A stretch of 20,000 bases of DNA, from IMG/VR virus record IMGVR_UViG_3300009161_000038. One strand, 5' to 3'. The stretch is from an uncultured virus (IMG/VR IMGVR_UViG_3300009161_000038). Lineage: Duplodnaviria > Heunggongvirae > Uroviricota > Caudoviricetes. Below the pieces are notes generated by a model that worked only from the letters and a program-made list of their open reading frames with translations, was not told the origin of the DNA and made no database searches. Below are positions 17,093-20,000 of the stretch, piece after piece. Each line of letters starts with the position of its first letter. The first letter of the stretch is position 1. The translations under genes and the position numbers were made by a program.

Positions 17093-17907
17093 AATTTCAT
17101 TGGATGCACAGGTTTGACTACGGAGATTCAGAAACTGAATTAGTTCAAATGGCAAGAGATTTAGAAAGAGCAAAAGCTTATTCTGTTTTATTAACATATT
17201 CTATAATTTCAACAGACTATGTTCCCTTTTTGCAAAGCATGATAAGAGTATCAAAACACCTTAAGTTTATGATGGCGTTTAGGGCTTACACAATGAGTCC
17301 AGAATATGCAATTAGATTTTTTAATACAATGAATGTTCACTATAAAAATAGGGTAACATTTAATCTAGTTGCTGGAAAAATGCTTGAAGATGAACAAAAA
17401 GAAGCAATGGATATGTATAATTTTGACGAGTCTTTAATAAGTACTGTCGAAAAAAGAATAGAACTTGCGGATAAATGGGCAGATAAATTTTTTAACAAGA
17501 TGGGGGACCAAGCGCCAATTTCTTATACAATTGCAAATTCTCCAATGACAATTGACTTGGCTAATAAATGGACAGACTATGCTATTGTACATGAAAGTAG
17601 GCTAGAGGAATCAGTTAATGAATTAAAAAATACTAAGATTGTATTAATTATTGACCCTTTAATTAGGGAAACAAAAGAAGAACTTGATAAAGATATACAA
17701 TATCATTATCAGGAGTGGACCCCTAATAAATCTGAAAAGCCTTATGTTTTAGAAAAGAAAGAGCATTTAGTACGTGGAAACATGGAAGAGGTTAAGCAGG
17801 AAATTAGAGATATATCTAAAAAATATGGGATAGATGACTTTATGATAGTAACCAGCCAAAAAAATATATCCAGCCTTTTGAAGCTTATGGAAGAAATGTC
17901 TGACTAA
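17089..17907 (+). CDS. Luciferase-like (LLM class) flavin-dependent monooxygenase, shortened
   Basis: MKFHW start, A..LE.A...SVLL, LKFMMAFRAYTMSPEYA, RVTFNLVAG, LVRG..EEVKQEI......GIDDFMI: SsuD/LLM TIM-barrel pattern. Confidence 0.7.
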   Translation: MKFHWMHRFDYGDSETELVQMARDLERAKAYSVLLTYSIISTDYVPFLQSMIRVSKHLKFMMAFRAYTMSPEYAIRFFNTMNVHYKNRVTFNLVAGKMLEDEQKEAMDMYNFDESLISTVEKRIELADKWADKFFNKMGDQAPISYTIANSPMTIDLANKWTDYAIVHESRLEESVNELKNTKIVLIIDPLIRETKEELDKDIQYHYQEWTPNKSEKPYVLEKKEHLVRGNMEEVKQEIRDISKKYGIDDFMIVTSQKNISSLLKLMEEMSD

Positions 17908-17936
17908 TTGTAAAAAAGTCTAAGATTTGCTATAAT
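17908..17936 (+). promoter_or_regulatory. Promoter for hsp20
   Basis: TTGTAA (17908-17913), 17 bp, TATAAT (17931-17936) with extended TG. Confidence 0.75.
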
Positions 17937-17942
17937 AATATA

Positions 17943-17997
17943 TAGGTCGCCAAATGGGGCCTAATTTAAATTATTCGCTTGAAAGGGGAATAAAATG
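17943..17997 (+). promoter_or_regulatory. Two-hairpin 5' UTR, ROSE-like RNA thermometer candidate
   Basis: Hairpin 1 TAGGTCGCC-AAAT-GGGGCCTA; hairpin 2 TTATTCGCT-TGAA-AGGGGAATAA sequesters the SD and carries UCGCU opposite it. Confidence 0.55.
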
Positions 17998-18411
17998 GTA
18001 ACACAATTCGCTATGGATCTTTTCAATGATCCTTTTTTTATTGGCTTTAACAGAGAGTTAAGCCGTCTAAACAATGCACATAAGGTCAACTCACAGTCAT
18101 ATCCTCCATATGATCTTCTTAAGCTAGATGAAGATACATATCGTATTTCTATTGCTGTAGCAGGTTTTGGCAAAGAAGACATCGATGTGTCAGTAGATAA
18201 TGGAACTCTTATCATTAAGGGTGAGATTACAGAAGTCGCTGACGCAGAAGTGGTACACAAGGGTATTGCAAGCCGTAAGTTCACACGCTCATTTGCTCTT
18301 GGTGAGTACATGGAAGTGACTGGGGCAGATCTAAAGGACGGTATGTTAAATATTAATGTAGATCGTACTGTGCCTGAAGAGAAAAAGCCAAAAACAATTA
18401 AAATAAAGTAA
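17995..18411 (+). CDS. hsp20: Small heat-shock protein Hsp20 (IbpA-like)
   Basis: SYPPYD, IAVAGF, HKGIASRKFTRSFAL, ADLKDGML, VPEEKKPKTIKI (IxI motif). Confidence 0.95.
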   Translation: MVTQFAMDLFNDPFFIGFNRELSRLNNAHKVNSQSYPPYDLLKLDEDTYRISIAVAGFGKEDIDVSVDNGTLIIKGEITEVADAEVVHKGIASRKFTRSFALGEYMEVTGADLKDGMLNINVDRTVPEEKKPKTIKIK

Positions 18412-18414
18412 TAG

Positions 18415-18420
18415 TATAAT
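18415..18420 (+). promoter_or_regulatory. -10 box upstream of the structured element
   Basis: TATAAT just after the hsp20 stop; the predicted start (~18426) coincides with the first stem. Confidence 0.55.
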
Positions 18421-18424
18421 AGAT

Positions 18425-18525
18425 ATCTGCACCCCTTCATCGGGAAGTCGCAGATTTGTCGGGGGAGACAGCGACGTTAAATAACTGGTATAGTCCTGAG
18501 CATGACTTCTTAAAAAAACTGCTCA
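18425..18525 (+). ncRNA. Unassigned structured RNA / leader with H-type pseudoknot
   Basis: GC-enriched intergenic island with stems ATCTGC/GCAGAT, CCC/GGG, GTCGC/GCGAC, TGTC/GACA and pseudoknot AGTC/GACT + TGAGCA/TGCTCA. Confidence 0.55.
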
Positions 18526-18545
18526 TTATAAATGAAAGGTATAAA

Positions 18546-18953
18546 ATGTTTGAATACAGAGTTAAGCAGGTAACAAAGATAGTTGATGGAGACACTATCG
18601 ATGTTGATATAGATTTGGGATTCAGCATTTCATATTCTCAAAGACTTAGATTGGCTGGAATAGATACTCCAGAGTCTAGGACAACAGACAAACTAGAAAA
18701 AAGTTTAGGAATTGAATCAAAAGAGTATCTTAAATCTAAATTCAAAGATGCTAAAGACATAGTGGTTAGAACTGAAAAGCCAGACAGCTCAGAAAAGTAT
18801 GGTCGCATATTGGGTTGGGTTTATGTTAATGGAGATTCTAAATCACTTAATGAGCAAATGATAGAAGATGGTTATGCATGGGGATACATGGGGGATACAA
18901 AGGTTAAAGACTTTTCAATCCTTGCAGATAAGAGAAAAAAGAGCGGTAAGTAA
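18546..18953 (+). CDS. Thermonuclease (SNase-like) family protein
   Basis: IVDGDTIDV, RLRLAGIDTPE, KYGRILG, LNEQMIEDGYA; start reassigned to ATG 18546 (SD GAAAGG at 18534-18539); no signal peptide. Confidence 0.9.
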   Translation: MFEYRVKQVTKIVDGDTIDVDIDLGFSISYSQRLRLAGIDTPESRTTDKLEKSLGIESKEYLKSKFKDAKDIVVRTEKPDSSEKYGRILGWVYVNGDSKSLNEQMIEDGYAWGYMGDTKVKDFSILADKRKKSGK

Positions 18954-19138
18954 TGCCAGTATATGAGTATAAGTGCGAGTGTAACCCAGAAAAAATTGTT
19001 TCTAAAGAAAGATCTATAAAAGATGTTGAGCCATCTTACTTATGTAGTGCTTGTGGACTAAGAATGCAAAGATACTTTAGTCAAGTAGGTGTACAGTTTA
19101 AGGGAAATGGCTTTTATAAAACCGATAATCCTAAGTAA
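18953..19138 (+). CDS. FmdB-family zinc-ribbon protein
   Basis: MPVYEYKC...CSACG..M.R......FKGNGFYKTD; TAATG coupling. Confidence 0.85.
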   Translation: MPVYEYKCECNPEKIVSKERSIKDVEPSYLCSACGLRMQRYFSQVGVQFKGNGFYKTDNPK

Positions 19139-19163
19139 CTAAGAGTATTTAAACAAACATACA

Positions 19164-19199
19164 TGATATAATTTCTATATAACAAAAATTTTGTTATAT
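19164..19199 (+). promoter_or_regulatory. Extended -10 promoter followed by a perfect 11-bp inverted repeat
   Basis: TG-A-TATAAT (19164-19172); ATATAACAAAA-A-TTTTGTTATAT (19177-19199); SD GGAG at 19201-19204. Confidence 0.65.
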
Positions 19200-19210
19200 T
19201 GGAGATCCAA

Positions 19211-20000
19211 TTGAGTAGAAAGTTAAAATACTTTTTAGCTAGCCTTTTTGTTACAGGTTGGCTATTTTTTATTGGACCAAGTTATGCTTGGGCTACAGAT
19301 AATGGCGGACAAGAACAAGTTGTTGTAAGTCCCGCACAACAAGCAGTAGACTCCGCCCTTGCTATAGCAACTACAGAAGTTCAACAATCTGTTGCAGCTA
19401 CGGATACTGCCACAGCTACCATAACATTAGCAGTTGCTGAAAGAGTAGAAGCCCAAGCAGCGGTAGATACAGTAACAGCCACAGTAACATTAGCACAATC
19501 AAATGTAGCCTTAGTAGACACAGCCACCGCTACAATTAATGGCATAAACTTAGCCATCACACCAATAGATCAAAGTTCGCAAGTAATTCAGGATGCAAAA
19601 AATACAATTATAACAGCCCAAACCTCTATAAATAATATTGACACATCAACTGCACAGGTACAAATATCCGAAGCCATTGCAGCAAAAACAACAGCAACAA
19701 CAGCACAAGCCACCGCACAAACCGAATTAACTCAAGCAAACCTTGCTATTGATGCTGCCCAAACAGCAGTCAACAATTTACAAGCCACTATTGGAACTAG
19801 CACAAATGTTTTGGCTGGAGTAGATGATGCTGGGGTTAGAATGAATCTTCCATTTGGAATGCAAATGGGTGGCACTGTTTATAACAATGTTTATGTAGGC
19901 TCTAATGCAACAATAACATTTGGAGTGAATGAAGGATCAAATTACTATTCAACTCCAAATGCTCCATCCGTATCTATTGCTGGATGGGACTGGACAACAT
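19211..20000 (+). CDS. Secreted/surface protein: signal peptide, Ala/Thr/Gln-rich coiled coil, NIDO-like motif (3'-partial; not in ORF track)
   Basis: TTG start after GGAG; MSRKLKYFLASLFVTGWLFFIGPSYAWA|TD; frame open to the window end; DTATATI occurs twice; VDDAGVRMNLPFGMQMGGTVYNNVYVGSNATITF. Confidence 0.8.
   Translation, partial: MSRKLKYFLASLFVTGWLFFIGPSYAWATDNGGQEQVVVSPAQQAVDSALAIATTEVQQSVAATDTATATITLAVAERVEAQAAVDTVTATVTLAQSNVALVDTATATINGINLAITPIDQSSQVIQDAKNTIITAQTSINNIDTSTAQVQISEAIAAKTTATTAQATAQTELTQANLAIDAAQTAVNNLQATIGTSTNVLAGVDDAGVRMNLPFGMQMGGTVYNNVYVGSNATITFGVNEGSNYYSTPNAPSVSIAGWDWTT

Noticed and set aside
18457..18493. tmRNA fragment or pistol ribozyme (GACGTTAAATAACTGG resemblance)
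   Set aside because: No tRNA-like ends, a stop follows immediately where a tag frame would be, and the pistol pseudoknot and P2/P3 pairings cannot be built.
18492..18525. preQ1-I riboswitch (hairpin plus AAAAAAAC tail)
   Set aside because: Only the topology is similar; the stem and loop are shorter, the loop lacks the usual preQ1 residues, and no queuosine gene follows.
18456..18545. 30-aa N-terminal extension of the thermonuclease in the ORF track
   Set aside because: TTG start inside the structured element; a good SD precedes ATG 18546, where the SNase-like sequence begins.
354..18628. Minus-strand ORFs in the track (e.g. 354-635, 5652-5903, 15425-15694, 17961-18440)
   Set aside because: All lie antisense to well-supported plus-strand genes and have no recognisable motifs; treated as shadow ORFs.
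1..20000. Stop-codon reassignment
   Set aside because: Genes tile densely under the standard code, and TAA, TGA and TAG all end genes at sensible positions.

Overview
AT-rich (roughly one-third GC by eye), gene-dense, all-plus-strand segment of a large tailed dsDNA phage, with no integrase, CRISPR array, tRNA or rRNA visible. The left ~14 kb is a replication/recombination/packaging block: primase, SSB, DnaE-type polymerase, RecA, Hjc-like resolvase, Cas4-like exonuclease, RuvC-like resolvase, small HTH, DUF1599/Nmad1-like protein, probable small terminase and large terminase. Two 2OG-Fe(II) oxygenase genes interrupt it. The right ~6 kb is accessory: NodU/CmcH carbamoyltransferase, a TipAS-like/2OG-Fe(II)/luciferase-like monooxygenase operon, Hsp20, thermonuclease, FmdB-type zinc ribbon, and the start of a secreted coiled-coil protein with a NIDO-like motif. 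Leaderless-type promoters and gene content suggest an actinobacterial host (inference). The most notable unexplained signals are non-coding: a ~100-nt structured element with its own -10 box, two alternative folds and a compact H-type pseudoknot upstream of the nuclease; a ROSE-like thermometer hairpin on hsp20; and a duplicated stop/start junction flanking the oxygenase after recA. Four genes missing from the ORF track were added. All family calls come from motif recognition, not database searches.
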